Assembly: GCA_001643675.2 (NCBI GenBank)
Contig: LSRY02000026.1
Coordinates: 868,001 to 932,000 of the forward strand
Source of the DNA: Monocercomonoides exilis PA203
Taxonomy: Eukaryota > Protista > Preaxostyla
Direction: 5' to 3'
DNA length: 64,000 nucleotides
In this document: positions 47,599 through 58,855 of the stretch, in pieces
How the letters are laid out: every line of letters starts with the position of its first letter
How positions within the stretch are numbered: the first letter of the stretch is position 1
The notes under the pieces: model-generated
Databases searched by the model: none
The model's input: only the letters and a program-made list of their open reading frames with translations
What the model was told of the DNA's origin: nothing
Made by a program: the position numbers and the translations under genes

Positions 47599-49422
47599 TT
47601 ATTTATCCTTAGCTTTCTTTTGCCCAGCATTTCCGAATGCTCTGAAAAGCGCAGAGAGAGACGAAGGCGGGAATGCGCCCCATTCAGTTATAACCATGTC
47701 CACTTCATGGCAAGGGATTATATCGCAGCAGATGTTCACCAGCACAAGCGATGGAGACCCAACATTGAGAGACGGCAAATATGAGCAGCCAAACGCAGAA
47801 GAAGATGCAGAGGATGAAGTGACAGCAGAGGAGGAAGCAGAAGCAGAGGAAGAGGAAGATGAAGATGAAGAGGAAGAAGATTGAGAAGAAGAAGGAAGAA
47901 GAGTGGAGCATGATGATGAAGAAGAAGGATGTGTTTGAAGCAACTCTGAAGGAAGTCCTTTGATGTTGTGAGGCCAAATTGCATCTGTCGTTGCATGATC
48001 ACTCATTTTGTATGTTTCACAAAACACAACCACCATTTTCTGAGAAAGAAATAAAAATAAAAATGAAGAAAGAAAAGAACAAAAGAAAAAAATGAAAGAA
48101 AATAGTTTCGAAAATTTTGAATAAGCAACATTAAGATTGAACAAAAAGATGAAATTTTATACAACAAAAACAATAAAAAAATATATATATGGATAATTAA
48201 ATATAAAATTAAAATAAATATAAATATGAATATAAAAAATTGATTTCAAATAAACTCACCTTATTCGCTTTCGCCTGCAACGACACAATTGCTGCACCAA
48301 CATGTGCTTGTATGTAGCCATTCGACAGAATCGACTGAGTGCTCAAGAAAATCGTGTCCACCCTTCCAATCACATAGCTGATTCCTGTCAGATTGCAATA
48401 CGAACAAGGCAGCTGCGGAATAAGCGCTTTAAGTTTGCGCATCATCTCCACGCCTTCAAAAGCAGGCATCGAATCAACAATCATCACCTGGAACCGACGC
48501 CCGTTCTCCCACGACTGGGCAAGCACACTTATAATTGTCGTAGAGCTGGTTGGTAAATGCATAATGTTTCGTTATTATCATTCGCATTTTTGCGAATGAA
48601 TAAGAAATGAAAGAAGTTAGAAGTTGAAGCAACAAAAAAAAAATTTTTTTTTTCATTGTTATTGAAAATTCTTTAAAAATAGATGCATACAATCCATAAA
48701 CAAGGATAACATCGTTGTCGTTAATTATTGAATGCTCTTGTGATTTCTCAATGATGAGCTTTGTTGTCTTTTCTATTGTTTGAATGTATGTTGTGATGTC
48801 GTCACACAAGTTTTGTTTTGTTTTTGTCTCACCAGCATCTTCAATGAACGAAACTTTTTCAAGAAGCCAATTCATAACATTCTCTAAAGTATGCAAGAAG
48901 ATCCAAAAACATCATATATTTAAATAAAAATAATAATTAATGAAAAAAAAATCGCAGAATGAAAGAAACCCATTGCAATTGATGGAGGATAACATTGCTT
49001 AAGAAATTTCAGATGCTTAACTGCATGTTGAGGAAATGAATGCACGAAAGAAACTCCAGGACTAACAATAAAATCACGTATAAGCTGAGTGTTTATGAAT
49101 TGAAATCAAAACTGTATTCATCAACAAAAAATAAATTAGAGAACCTCTTGAAAGACTTCAAGTAAACTAATTTCTGGAGATTTATCAATAGGAAACGCTT
49201 TTCTATTCAGTTTGAATCCGAGATCAATAAATGATGGATGAATTCCAACAGAAAGCTGATAAAGACAAATAAAAAATAAGAATTTTAAAATTTCAACAAA
49301 TATAACAAAACTGATCTAATATTCTCAATCAATTCATGCTGCATTAAATCTGCAAAAGGATCTAGCAGCTTCGGCTTTTGCGTTCCTGCAGGCTCTGCCT
49401 TTTTCACTTGTTTTTTACTCAT
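47599..49422 (-). CDS. EIF2B4: Translation initiation factor eIF2B regulatory subunit, most like delta; about 7 exons
   Basis: Exonic motifs IHPSFIDLG, PPSIAM-NVMNWL, INDNDVILVYG, FQVMIVDSMPAFEG, SILSNG...VGAAIVSL, VVVFCETYK, CDIIP..VDMVITEWG.FPPSS. Some exon borders are approximate. Confidence 0.85.
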
Positions 49423-49566
49423 CTAATTTGTATTGTGGCATAGATCAAAAATTTCATTCTTTTTTCATATCTTTTTCATTTTCGGGGGATATATTTATTT
49501 TTGAGAGCGTTTACGAAAATAATCTATTTTACAAATTGCTTTCTTTTAACTTAAGCCTACAGTTGT
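49423..49566. promoter_or_regulatory. Putative compact bidirectional promoter
   Basis: Only ~144 bp separate the head-to-head start codons at 49422 (minus) and 49567 (plus). Confidence 0.45.
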
Positions 49567-52500
49567 ATGCAAGATCCCGCTTCCTCAAGAGCAATGATTG
49601 AATCAAGCCAAACATATGCTTACACATCACCTCGTCATCATCAGTTATACAAATCCAGAAGCGTGATTGAACATAATCAGGGGGATGCTTTCGACTTTGC
49701 AACTTCCGCTAGATCCCCGAAATCTTCGTTAAATTCGATTTCTAATTTATACTCATCAACTCGTTCCTCAGCTGGCAGTTCAGATTTAAAATTTTCTGAT
49801 GTTGCTGATACTGAAAACAGGCATCAAAGGATACAACATACAAAGGCATACTCAACCACTTTTCAAAAATTTGCAGTTTCTTCACCATTTGAGCATACAT
49901 TTCATTCTGATTCATTTGCTCAGAATAAATTTTTGGGCCATTCAACCACAAGAGAATCCAATTTAAATTCATCAATAATTTTATCAAATCCTCCTCCGTT
50001 CGCGAAAATTGAACTTGATACAGAAGAAGATAATGTTTCTGGAGAACGAACATCCAATTCACCAAAGAAAAAAGTACGACGGAGGCTGCAACGCCCACAC
50101 ATAAGGGGAGCCAGTCTTTTTCCTGCATTGGGATCTTCCAGCACCGAAGCGTCTACCCCAAGAGAACCCAAAGAAGGCAAAGGCATTGCAGAAGGGATTA
50201 ACCTCAATGAAAGACTCCATTTTCTTACACCACAACTCACTCCATCATCAACTCTGTCGCCGCTGATGGTCCATTCCGAAAGCGCGCAGCAGTCGCCCAT
50301 CGCTGACCCTACTGATAAGCCCACTCTCTCTTCCTCTCGCCCTTCCTCCCGCGTCCTCACTTCTTCGAGGCAGCAGCTCATCCGGTCTGTCCAAGCCGCC
50401 AGCGAGTGCTTTGCTTCTTCTCAGTGTGCCCATCACCAGCGGCTGAAGAGGTGCCCTGTGTCGCCGTCGTCGCCTTCGTCGTTTGCGTCCTCGTTCAGAG
50501 AAGGAAGCGGGCATTGTACAACATCTGCTTTGGAATCGGAAACGGAAGAGATGTGTTTGAAAAAGAAGTCTGAGGAAGAGGGGGAGGAAGATGAAGGGGA
50601 AGAGGAGGTGGTGGATGGAGAAAGAGGAGAAGGAGATGGAAAAGAGAAGAGTGGGAATGAGGGTGATGGGGATGATAGTAATGAGGAAGAAGAAGAAGAA
50701 GAGGAGGAGGAGGAGGAAGAGGAAGAGAAAGAAGAAGAAGAAGAAGTTGATAACGATAACAGTGAGAATGAAGATGATGACGATGAAGATTGCATTGATG
50801 ATGACGTTGAAGAAGAAGAAACAAAAGAAGACGATGCAGCATCAACAGAAGAAATTGATGAAGAGGAAGAAGAAAAAGATATTGAAGAAGAAAACAAAAC
50901 AACTGCATTTTCACATAATCAACAAACATCCAAAGAAAAAATAACCATTTCATCGTCATCTTCTTCTTCCTCTTCTTCCTTGTCTTCTTCTTCATATCCA
51001 TTTGCTTCTTCGTGTCCTCCATACAGCAACCCTCTTTCCTTCCAATCTTCTTCGCTTTCTTCTTCTTCTTCTTCTTCTTCTCAAACAACTTTTGCTGATG
51101 AAGAAGAAAATGCAGATGAAAATTTGCCTTTTAATCGTCTTCATTCTTCCTCTTCTTCCTCTTCTCCTTCCTCCTCCTCCTCCTCTTCTTCTTCTCCCCT
51201 TTCTTCATATTCTCTCTCTCGCCGTTCATCATCATCATCATCTTTTTCTTCTTCTTCTTCCAATCTTTCTTTATTCCATCTCAATTCTTCTTCTTCTTCC
51301 TCCTCCTCCTCCTCTTCCTCTTCCTCTCCTCACCCTTCTCTTTCCTCTCATTCACTTCATTTTCTTCATTCTTCTCCTTCTTCTCCTTTTTCTCCTTCTC
51401 CCCCTCCTTCTTTTCCTCCTCCTCCTTCTTCTTCTCATTCTCTTCATACTCCTTCTTCTCCTTCTCCTTCTCTTCCTTCTCATTCTTCCTCCTCTTCTTC
51501 TTCTTTAGCCACTCATCTTCTTCGTTCTTCTCCTTCTGATTTTTCTTCTTTCAAACAAGAAGATGTTGATCTGCCTCCTGCTTTTATTGCTCCTACAATA
51601 CAGAAGTTAGAACCAATGATGAATTTTGCTTCTTCTTCTTCTTCTTCTTTTAATATTTCTTCTTCTTTATCTTCTTCCACTTCCTCCTCTTTTTCTTCTT
51701 CTCTTTCTCCTTCTTCTTCTTCTTCTCCTTCTTTGTCTTTTCATTTGCCAACAACTTCATGCCCAGCTTCTCCCTCGCAAAAGAGAAGAAGATCAACTTC
51801 AAATAATAACAATGGCATTAACATTAGCAGTAACGTTAATTGTGATAATAATAGCATAAATAGCATAAATAACATAACGAAAATCAAAGAAATCAAAGAA
51901 ATCAAAGAAATCAAAGAGAATAAGGAAAATAAAGAAATCAAAGAAAACAAAGAAAACAAAGAAAACAAAGAAATCGAAGAAAGTACTCAAAATAAAGAAA
52001 ATAAAGAGGATAAAGAGAACAAACGTCTTTCTTCTCCTTTTCGCCATCTGCATTCTGCTTCTAATCTAACTTGGTTTAATTCGATGGGAAGAAAAGAGAA
52101 AGAGAAAGAGAAAGAGAAAGAGAAAGAAATGAAGATAAAATCAGAAGATGTGATAGAAAATTCTTCTTCTTCTTCTTCTTCTTCTTCTTCATTGGAGAAG
52201 GACGAAGATGAAGACTTAGAAAACAAGGAAAAAGATAAAACTTTACTACAAATTTTACCTTCATCCTCTTCTTCTCTTTCCTCTTCGTCTTCACCATCTC
52301 TTTCTCAATCATTCACCCAAAACACATCATCATCGTCATCATCTTCTTCTTCTCTTTCTCCTTCACTTCATTCACCTCGCAACAAATCACTTCAGAAACA
52401 ACCACAAATGCTAAATTCTTCCTCTTCCTCTTCCTCTTCCTCTTCCTCTTCCTCTTCCTCTTCTTCTTCCTCTTCTTCTTCTTCTTCTTCCTTTCCTTCT

Positions 52501-55500
52501 TCAAATTCTTCATCTTCTTCTTTTTCTTCACCTCGTTCTTCTTCTCAAAACAAAAACATTTCACAAATTTCTTCTTCTTCTTCTCTTTCTCCCTCTTCTT
52601 CTTCTTCACCTCGTTCTTCTTCCTCTTCCTCTTCCTCTCAACAACAACCAACAACAAGAAAAATGTATCGAATTATGATCAAACCACCTAAGCAAAATAA
52701 TCGCTATAATTCTTCTTTTTCTTCTTCATCATCTTCCTCTTCCTCTTTTTCTTCTTCCTTTTCTTCTTCTTCTTCCTCCTCCTCCTCCTCTTCTTCTTCT
52801 TCTTCTCCTTCTCCTTCTCCTTCTTCTTCTTCACACAGAAGAGCAAAAACAAGTTTTTCACTGAAAATTCCAAAAAACAATCAAAATTTAGCTTCTTTTT
52901 CTTCCAATTCTTCGATTTCTTCGATTTCTGCAAATGTCCATACAAAACCACAAACAAAACTGAAAATGGAACAAAAATTGAGTCAAAAGAATGAAATGAA
53001 TGAAAAAAGTAAAATTAATAAGCAAAATAGACAAGTTAAACAACAAAATATTCAAAATAATCAAAATTCATTTCAAAACCAACAAAACTTGCAAAACTTT
53101 CAAAAACGAGCTAAAAATATTGTTTTTCGTTCTTCTTCTGTTGCTGCACAATCAATTTCTTCTTCGTCTTCGTCTTCTTCGTCTTCTCCTTCTCTTTCTC
53201 CTTCTCCTTCTCCATCTTCTTTCCCATCTTCCTCCTCCTCCTCCTCTTCTTCTTCTTCTTCTCTTTCTCCTTTTCGTCGTTCAATCACAAACATGACTTC
53301 AATTAAAGATTCAAATGACGAAGAACAATTGCAGAATTTCAAAATAGAAAAGGAAAAAGATATTAATGAAATGAATGAAATGAAAGAGGAAATGAAAGAG
53401 AAGGGGAAAGAGAAGGAGAAAGAGAAGGAGAAGGAGAAAGAAAAGGAGAAAATGATTTTTGAAGAAAAAATAACAAAAGATAAGATGAAAAAGGAAGAAA
53501 TAGAAGAAATTGAAGAAATGAAGAATAAAGAGAAGGAGAAGGACAAAGAGAAAGAGAAAGAGAAAGAGAAAGAGAAAGAGAAAGAGAAAGAGAATGTTGG
53601 AAGAGAAGGAAGAAAGAATTATACGGTTGTTGAGCTTCCATCAAAACGAAGGCAAATATTGAATGAAAAGAAAGAAGAAAAGGAAGAAGAAGAAGAAGAA
53701 GAAGAAAAGGAAATTGAAACAACTGAAGAAGAAGAAGAAGAATTGGAAGAGGAAGAAGAAACGGAAGAAGAAGAGGAGGAGCAAGAAGAAGAAGACAATG
53801 AAGAAGATAAAGAAAAACAAAAAGATGAAAAAGAACAAGAAAAAGAAGAAGAAGAAATCAACTTTGTAGAGGAAGGCGAACAAAGTAAGCAAAAAATGAC
53901 ATCTTCAAACAACATAACTGGAATTTTCCCCAAAGAAGATAAATCTCCGAGAACTCTTAATTCTCCGAGATCTTCTATTTCTCCGAAGCAGAAGGTGATT
54001 CATAAGCATCTGTCAAAATCGATAGCTCTGCCAAATGTTCTGAATGAAGATGTTGAAGCAAGCAAAATAAACAAAATGAACAAAATAAGTCAAATAAATA
54101 AAATAAACGAAGTAAATAAAACTTATAAAGAAAGTGAAATAGACGAAGTGAATAATGTTAATCAAATAAAAATGATAAATGAAGCAAATAAAATAAAAAA
54201 TGAAAATAATGGGAATAAAGTAAATAAAGTAAATAAACCAAGCAACATTGAAAAATCACCACAAATAGAGTCATCGTTAAGTTCTCACATAAATACTTGG
54301 TGTTCGGTGAGTGAAAAATTAACAGGCTTTAATGAAAAAGATGAAGATAAAATTTCATCTTTTTCTGATTCTTTTGGTGGAAAGAAGAATGCTTTGAATG
54401 AACAAATGGTAAATGACTTAGCTGCAACAACCACGTTATTAACATCATCTGATACTTCTTCTTCTTCGCTTTCTTCTTCCTCTTCTTCAACATCTCCTTC
54501 TTCTTTCTCTTCTTCTTTTTCCTCCCCCTCCTCCTCCCCTTCTTCCTCTTCTTATCCTCCCTCTCTCATCCCTCGTCTCAATCTTTCTTCTCGCACATCA
54601 TCTTCTTCTTCTTCCTCTTCTTCTTCTTCTTCTACTCCATTCACCAATCACTTCACCCGCACCTCAAAACCTCGTTTCGACCAAAAACACACAGAAAATA
54701 CGAGAAATCGAATGAAACAAAACAATTCATTAGGATCTTCAAATTCTTCTTCCTCTTCTTCCTCTTCTTCTCCTTTCACCTCCTCTTCCTCCTCCTCTTC
54801 CTCCTCTTCCATATTTCCTTCTCCTTCTTCTTCTTCATCTCAACCTCTTCCTCTTCCTCTTCCTCAAAAGAGAGAAACTTTTCATCTCAAAATTTCGCCT
54901 CAAAATGCCAAAGACCATTTCATTCACTCAAAAAATTCAACATTTCACAGACAGCTTCATCAGTCTTCTCCTCGCTCGAAAACTAATCTTGTTTCTTCTT
55001 CTTCTTCTTCTTCTTCTGCTTCTTCTTCTTCACCTCGCACTTCTAATTATAATTCTTCTTCTTCCTCCTCCTCCTCCTCTTCTCCTTCTTCTCCTTCTCC
55101 TTCTCCTTATTCTTCACCTCGTTCTTCTACTCAAAACAAAAACATTTCACAAATTTCATCATCATCTTCTTCTTCTCCTTCCTCTTCTTCTTCTTCTTCT
55201 TCTTCTTCTTCTTCTTCTTCTTCCCTCAACAAACCAACAAACAAACGCAAACAAAGAAATACCCATCTTTCTATTACCCTCCCAAGAACAGTAGCAAAAC
55301 CGATTCTATCGCCTTTATGCCCTCCAAAGACAAAGATTGTGGATCCTTCTTCTTTGACATCATCTTTTAATGCTTCTTCTTCTTCTTCTTCTTCTTCTTG
55401 TGATACATCATCATCAACTTCTTCTTCTGATATCATTTCATCTTCTTCTATTTCCTCTTCCTCCTCTTCTTCTTCAGCTCCTCCTCCTCCTCCTGCTTCT

Positions 55501-58500
55501 TCTTCTGATGCTGTTGATTCTAATAAACAATCATCATCATCATCATTTTCTTCTTCTTCTTCTTCTTCTTCTCCATCTTCTTCCTCTTCCACTCTCTTCA
55601 TCCACCAGCAAAAACCTTCCAATCTTTCAATTTCTGTTGCATCTCTTTCCTCCTCTTCCTCTTCTTCTCTTTCATCATCATCTTCTTCTTCTTCCTCTCT
55701 TTCTTCCTCTTCCTCTTCCTCTTCCTCTTCCTCTCTTTCTTCCTCTTCTTCCTCCTCCTCTTCTCCTTCTCTCCAGCCACACACTCCATCTGATATTTCT
55801 TCTATTCCACCAGGAACCGTCCAGGCAATGATCACTTTATTCAACAGAAGTGGAGGAAGAGGAAGAGAAGGAGAAAGAGAAGGAGAAAGAAGAAGAGAAA
55901 GAGCGAGAGAAGGAGAAAGAGAAGGAAGAAGAGAGGGAAGAGAAGGAGAAGGAGAAGGAAAGAAAGTGAATTTCGAAGATTATGGAGTTATTTCTCATAA
56001 TTCCAGTTCTTCTTCTTCTTCTTTTGTTTCTTCTTCTGCTGCTTATTTCAATGAAAACAAATCAAAAGTAAAGAATTTATTGTCTTCTTCTTTTTCCACC
56101 TCTTTTTCTTCTTCCTCTTCCTCTTCTCCTTCAAGCATTGCCATTTCAACTCCTCCAAAAATATCTTCCTCTTTATCATCCACCCTTCCTTCTTCTCCTT
56201 CTCCTTCTCCTTCTCCTCTTTCTCCTTCTTCTCCTTCTTCTCCTTCTTCTCCTTCTTCTCCCTCTTCTCCCTCTTCCTCTCTAATTATTCCTGCTTCTTC
56301 TTCCCTTGCTTCTTCTTTCTCTCCACCTTCTTATCCTTCTTCTTCTTCTTCTTCTTCTTCCATTGCCTTGTCAACTCAACAGCAAATAAACAGCATAGAA
56401 GAAAAATTATTGAGTCTTCAAGCAAATAAAAGATATGAATTAAATGGCAATAATAATTATAATAATCGCAACATTTCTCATTTTTCTCTTTCCTCTTCTC
56501 CTTCCCCTCCTCCTCTTTCTCCTCCTCCTTCTTCTTTTCCCCCTTCTTCTTCTCCTTTCTCTCCTTCTCCTCTTTCTCCTTCTCGCTATCCCCCCACCCC
56601 TTCCTCTCCTCTTTATCCACCTCCTTCCTCTCCCACTTCTTCCTTCTCTTCTTTCGACCCATCTCTCCATCGCACCATTTCTGTCTCTCATGTTGACTCA
56701 TTTGGCAGCATCAGCAGACGCTCTTCGTGCTCGTTGGGGTTTGAGAAGAGAGAAGAAGAAGGAGAAGAAGGAGGAGAAGGAGAAGAAGGAGAAGAAGGAG
56801 AAGAAGGAAGAGGAGAAGGAAGAGGAGAAGGAGAAGATAAAGAAATATCCAATTATCTTCCGTCATCATCAAATAATTTTTCTTCTTCTTCTTCTTCCTC
56901 TTCCTCTTCCTCTTCCTCTTCTTCCTCAACAGAATCCGCCTCCACAAGTGCCCTTCTCCCCTCTCTTGTTCCTTCTCACCAAATCCATCTTCTTCCTCTT
57001 TCTTCTTCTGATTTTCGTTCAACTTTCAAATTTTCTGAGGTGAAAATCAAAAAACAGAGAAGAAATTTGTTTCCAACATATTCTGACCCGACTTTGCAGA
57101 AGCATTCACATGTTGCCATTTCGACAGAAGAACTTTATTCGCCTTTGTTTGACAATGAAGAGGAGAAGGAAGTGAGATTGGGGATGGAGGAGTGGAGGAG
57201 GAAGAAGAAGAAGATGATGATGATGATGAGAGAAGAAGAAGGAAAAGGAGAAAGAGAAAGAGAAAGAGAAAGAGAAAGAGAAAGAGAAAGAGAAAGAGAG
57301 AGAGAAGAAGGAGAAGGAGGAAGAGAAGGAAGAGAAGAAAGAGAAGAAAATGAAGAAAGGGAAAATGGAGTGAATGACATGGATGTATATGAACATCACA
57401 ATTATCAAAGAAAAGAAGAAGAAAAGAAAGCAGAAAAGGAAGAAGAAGAGGCGAAAAAAGAAGCAGAAGAAGCAGAAGAAGCGGAGAAAGAGAAGCAGGA
57501 GATGTTGATGATGATCCTTCAGATTGAAGAAGAAAAGAAGCAAATGGCAAATCATCATGCATTGAAGAAGTTGGAATGTGGAGAAGGCAAAAATGCAATG
57601 AAACAGGAAGACAAACAGGATTTTGTGGAGAAGTTTAATGAACAATCGATGATACAGAAAATGGAAGAAGGAGAAAGAGAAAGAGAAGAAGGAGGAGGAG
57701 AAAGAAGAGAAGGAGAAGAAGAAAGAAGAGAAGAACAAAAGCAACAAATTCAACAAAAACAGAATGAAATGAATCAGACATCACCTAATTCTCAATCAAC
57801 AATCACAGAACAAAACACATTCATTTCGAAATTAATGAAAGCAGATAAAGTCAACACATTAGGATTTAGCAATGTTTTGATAGAGGCAAAGAAAAAGAAG
57901 AAGAAAAAGAAGAAGAAGAAGAAGAAAGGAGCGTTTGGAGGGGTTGTATTCAGAACATTTCCGAATACCCCTCTTCTTTCTGCTTGTTCTTCTCCAATTG
58001 CTTCTCCTTTCACTTCGCCAAAGTTCACTTCTGTTTCTCCCACTGAAAAAAGGGGGAAAGATAAAGATGAGGACAATGAAAAAGCCAATGAAAATGACAA
58101 AGTTGAAGTCTCAAATGTGACAACTGTTGCTTCAATTGCTGAAGCAGCTCGTTCTATCCATCTTCCTCTCTCTTCTCTCACTTCTCTTCTAAATGAATCT
58201 TTTATTGTGAATAAGTTGGATCCTATGTCTCATTCTCTTAACAGGGAAAGAATGGAACAATTTGAACAATTAGAACATTCTCCTCATTCTTCTCATTCTT
58301 CTCATTCTTCTCGTTTATATCATTCTCCTCTTTCTCCTCTTTCTCCTCTTTCATCTGCATTGCCTGTGGATTCTGGGCAGATATCCCAAAAGACAGAAGT
58401 GATTGAGAATGAATTGCAAGCTTCGCTTCTTGCTTCTTCTTCTTCTCCTTCTCCTTCTCCGTTTTCATCATCATTATCTTCCTCTTCCTCCTCCTCCTCC

Positions 58501-58749
58501 TCCTCCTCCTCTTCTTCTTCTTCTTCTTCTTCTTCTTCTTCTTCTTCTTCTTCTTCTTCTTCTTCTTCTTCTTCTTCTTCTTCTTCTTTTTTATCTTCCC
58601 ATTCTTCTCCCTCTCCCTCCTTCTCCTCTCTTTCTCATTTGACTGTTCTGTCGCACTGTCCAAAATGCAGCCACAAGCGCTGCTGTGATGAAGCCGTCTT
58701 TTGCTGCAGATGTGCTGCCAGTTTGATTGTGAATGATTCTGTGCAATGA
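49567..58749 (+). CDS. Hypothetical 3060-aa low-complexity Ser/Pro- and Glu/Lys-rich protein with C-terminal zinc-ribbon-like Cys cluster
   Basis: One 9.2-kb open frame, including AT-rich non-repetitive parts; ends HCPKCSHKRCCDEAVFCCRCAASL; internal duplication SPRSS(S/T)QNKNISQISSSSS at ~52528 and ~55114. Confidence 0.7.
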   Translation: MQDPASSRAMIESSQTYAYTSPRHHQLYKSRSVIEHNQGDAFDFATSARSPKSSLNSISNLYSSTRSSAGSSDLKFSDVADTENRHQRIQHTKAYSTTFQKFAVSSPFEHTFHSDSFAQNKFLGHSTTRESNLNSSIILSNPPPFAKIELDTEEDNVSGERTSNSPKKKVRRRLQRPHIRGASLFPALGSSSTEASTPREPKEGKGIAEGINLNERLHFLTPQLTPSSTLSPLMVHSESAQQSPIADPTDKPTLSSSRPSSRVLTSSRQQLIRSVQAASECFASSQCAHHQRLKRCPVSPSSPSSFASSFREGSGHCTTSALESETEEMCLKKKSEEEGEEDEGEEEVVDGERGEGDGKEKSGNEGDGDDSNEEEEEEEEEEEEEEEKEEEEEVDNDNSENEDDDDEDCIDDDVEEEETKEDDAASTEEIDEEEEEKDIEEENKTTAFSHNQQTSKEKITISSSSSSSSSSLSSSSYPFASSCPPYSNPLSFQSSSLSSSSSSSSQTTFADEEENADENLPFNRLHSSSSSSSPSSSSSSSSSPLSSYSLSRRSSSSSSFSSSSSNLSLFHLNSSSSSSSSSSSSSSPHPSLSSHSLHFLHSSPSSPFSPSPPPSFPPPPSSSHSLHTPSSPSPSLPSHSSSSSSSLATHLLRSSPSDFSSFKQEDVDLPPAFIAPTIQKLEPMMNFASSSSSSFNISSSLSSSTSSSFSSSLSPSSSSSPSLSFHLPTTSCPASPSQKRRRSTSNNNNGINISSNVNCDNNSINSINNITKIKEIKEIKEIKENKENKEIKENKENKENKEIEESTQNKENKEDKENKRLSSPFRHLHSASNLTWFNSMGRKEKEKEKEKEKEMKIKSEDVIENSSSSSSSSSSLEKDEDEDLENKEKDKTLLQILPSSSSSLSSSSSPSLSQSFTQNTSSSSSSSSSLSPSLHSPRNKSLQKQPQMLNSSSSSSSSSSSSSSSSSSSSSSSSSFPSSNSSSSSFSSPRSSSQNKNISQISSSSSLSPSSSSSPRSSSSSSSSQQQPTTRKMYRIMIKPPKQNNRYNSSFSSSSSSSSSFSSSFSSSSSSSSSSSSSSSPSPSPSSSSHRRAKTSFSLKIPKNNQNLASFSSNSSISSISANVHTKPQTKLKMEQKLSQKNEMNEKSKINKQNRQVKQQNIQNNQNSFQNQQNLQNFQKRAKNIVFRSSSVAAQSISSSSSSSSSSPSLSPSPSPSSFPSSSSSSSSSSSSLSPFRRSITNMTSIKDSNDEEQLQNFKIEKEKDINEMNEMKEEMKEKGKEKEKEKEKEKEKEKMIFEEKITKDKMKKEEIEEIEEMKNKEKEKDKEKEKEKEKEKEKEKENVGREGRKNYTVVELPSKRRQILNEKKEEKEEEEEEEEKEIETTEEEEEELEEEEETEEEEEEQEEEDNEEDKEKQKDEKEQEKEEEEINFVEEGEQSKQKMTSSNNITGIFPKEDKSPRTLNSPRSSISPKQKVIHKHLSKSIALPNVLNEDVEASKINKMNKISQINKINEVNKTYKESEIDEVNNVNQIKMINEANKIKNENNGNKVNKVNKPSNIEKSPQIESSLSSHINTWCSVSEKLTGFNEKDEDKISSFSDSFGGKKNALNEQMVNDLAATTTLLTSSDTSSSSLSSSSSSTSPSSFSSSFSSPSSSPSSSSYPPSLIPRLNLSSRTSSSSSSSSSSSSTPFTNHFTRTSKPRFDQKHTENTRNRMKQNNSLGSSNSSSSSSSSSPFTSSSSSSSSSSIFPSPSSSSSQPLPLPLPQKRETFHLKISPQNAKDHFIHSKNSTFHRQLHQSSPRSKTNLVSSSSSSSSASSSSPRTSNYNSSSSSSSSSSPSSPSPSPYSSPRSSTQNKNISQISSSSSSSPSSSSSSSSSSSSSSSLNKPTNKRKQRNTHLSITLPRTVAKPILSPLCPPKTKIVDPSSLTSSFNASSSSSSSSCDTSSSTSSSDIISSSSISSSSSSSSAPPPPPASSSDAVDSNKQSSSSSFSSSSSSSSPSSSSSTLFIHQQKPSNLSISVASLSSSSSSSLSSSSSSSSSLSSSSSSSSSSSLSSSSSSSSSPSLQPHTPSDISSIPPGTVQAMITLFNRSGGRGREGEREGERRRERAREGEREGRREGREGEGEGKKVNFEDYGVISHNSSSSSSSFVSSSAAYFNENKSKVKNLLSSSFSTSFSSSSSSSPSSIAISTPPKISSSLSSTLPSSPSPSPSPLSPSSPSSPSSPSSPSSPSSSLIIPASSSLASSFSPPSYPSSSSSSSSIALSTQQQINSIEEKLLSLQANKRYELNGNNNYNNRNISHFSLSSSPSPPPLSPPPSSFPPSSSPFSPSPLSPSRYPPTPSSPLYPPPSSPTSSFSSFDPSLHRTISVSHVDSFGSISRRSSCSLGFEKREEEGEEGGEGEEGEEGEEGRGEGRGEGEDKEISNYLPSSSNNFSSSSSSSSSSSSSSSSTESASTSALLPSLVPSHQIHLLPLSSSDFRSTFKFSEVKIKKQRRNLFPTYSDPTLQKHSHVAISTEELYSPLFDNEEEKEVRLGMEEWRRKKKKMMMMMREEEGKGEREREREREREREREREREEGEGGREGREEREENEERENGVNDMDVYEHHNYQRKEEEKKAEKEEEEAKKEAEEAEEAEKEKQEMLMMILQIEEEKKQMANHHALKKLECGEGKNAMKQEDKQDFVEKFNEQSMIQKMEEGEREREEGGGERREGEEERREEQKQQIQQKQNEMNQTSPNSQSTITEQNTFISKLMKADKVNTLGFSNVLIEAKKKKKKKKKKKKKGAFGGVVFRTFPNTPLLSACSSPIASPFTSPKFTSVSPTEKRGKDKDEDNEKANENDKVEVSNVTTVASIAEAARSIHLPLSSLTSLLNESFIVNKLDPMSHSLNRERMEQFEQLEHSPHSSHSSHSSRLYHSPLSPLSPLSSALPVDSGQISQKTEVIENELQASLLASSSSPSPSPFSSSLSSSSSSSSSSSSSSSSSSSSSSSSSSSSSSSSSSSSSFLSSHSSPSPSFSSLSHLTVLSHCPKCSHKRCCDEAVFCCRCAASLIVNDSVQ

Positions 58750-58793
58750 AATGGATGGAAGAAGGGGGAGGAAGAGGAAGAGGAAGAAGGAAG

Positions 58794-58855
58794 AAGGAGG
58801 AAGGAGGAAGGAGGAAGGAGGAAGGAGGAAGGAGGAAGGAGGAAGGAGGAAGGAG
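58794..58855. repeat. (GAAGGAG)n heptanucleotide tandem repeat
   Basis: About 8-9 copies directly 3' of the large ORF. Confidence 0.9.

Noticed and set aside
50433-58663. Poly-Lys, poly-Leu and poly-Phe ORFs in alternative frames
   Set aside because: Trinucleotide repeats read in other frames or on the other strand.
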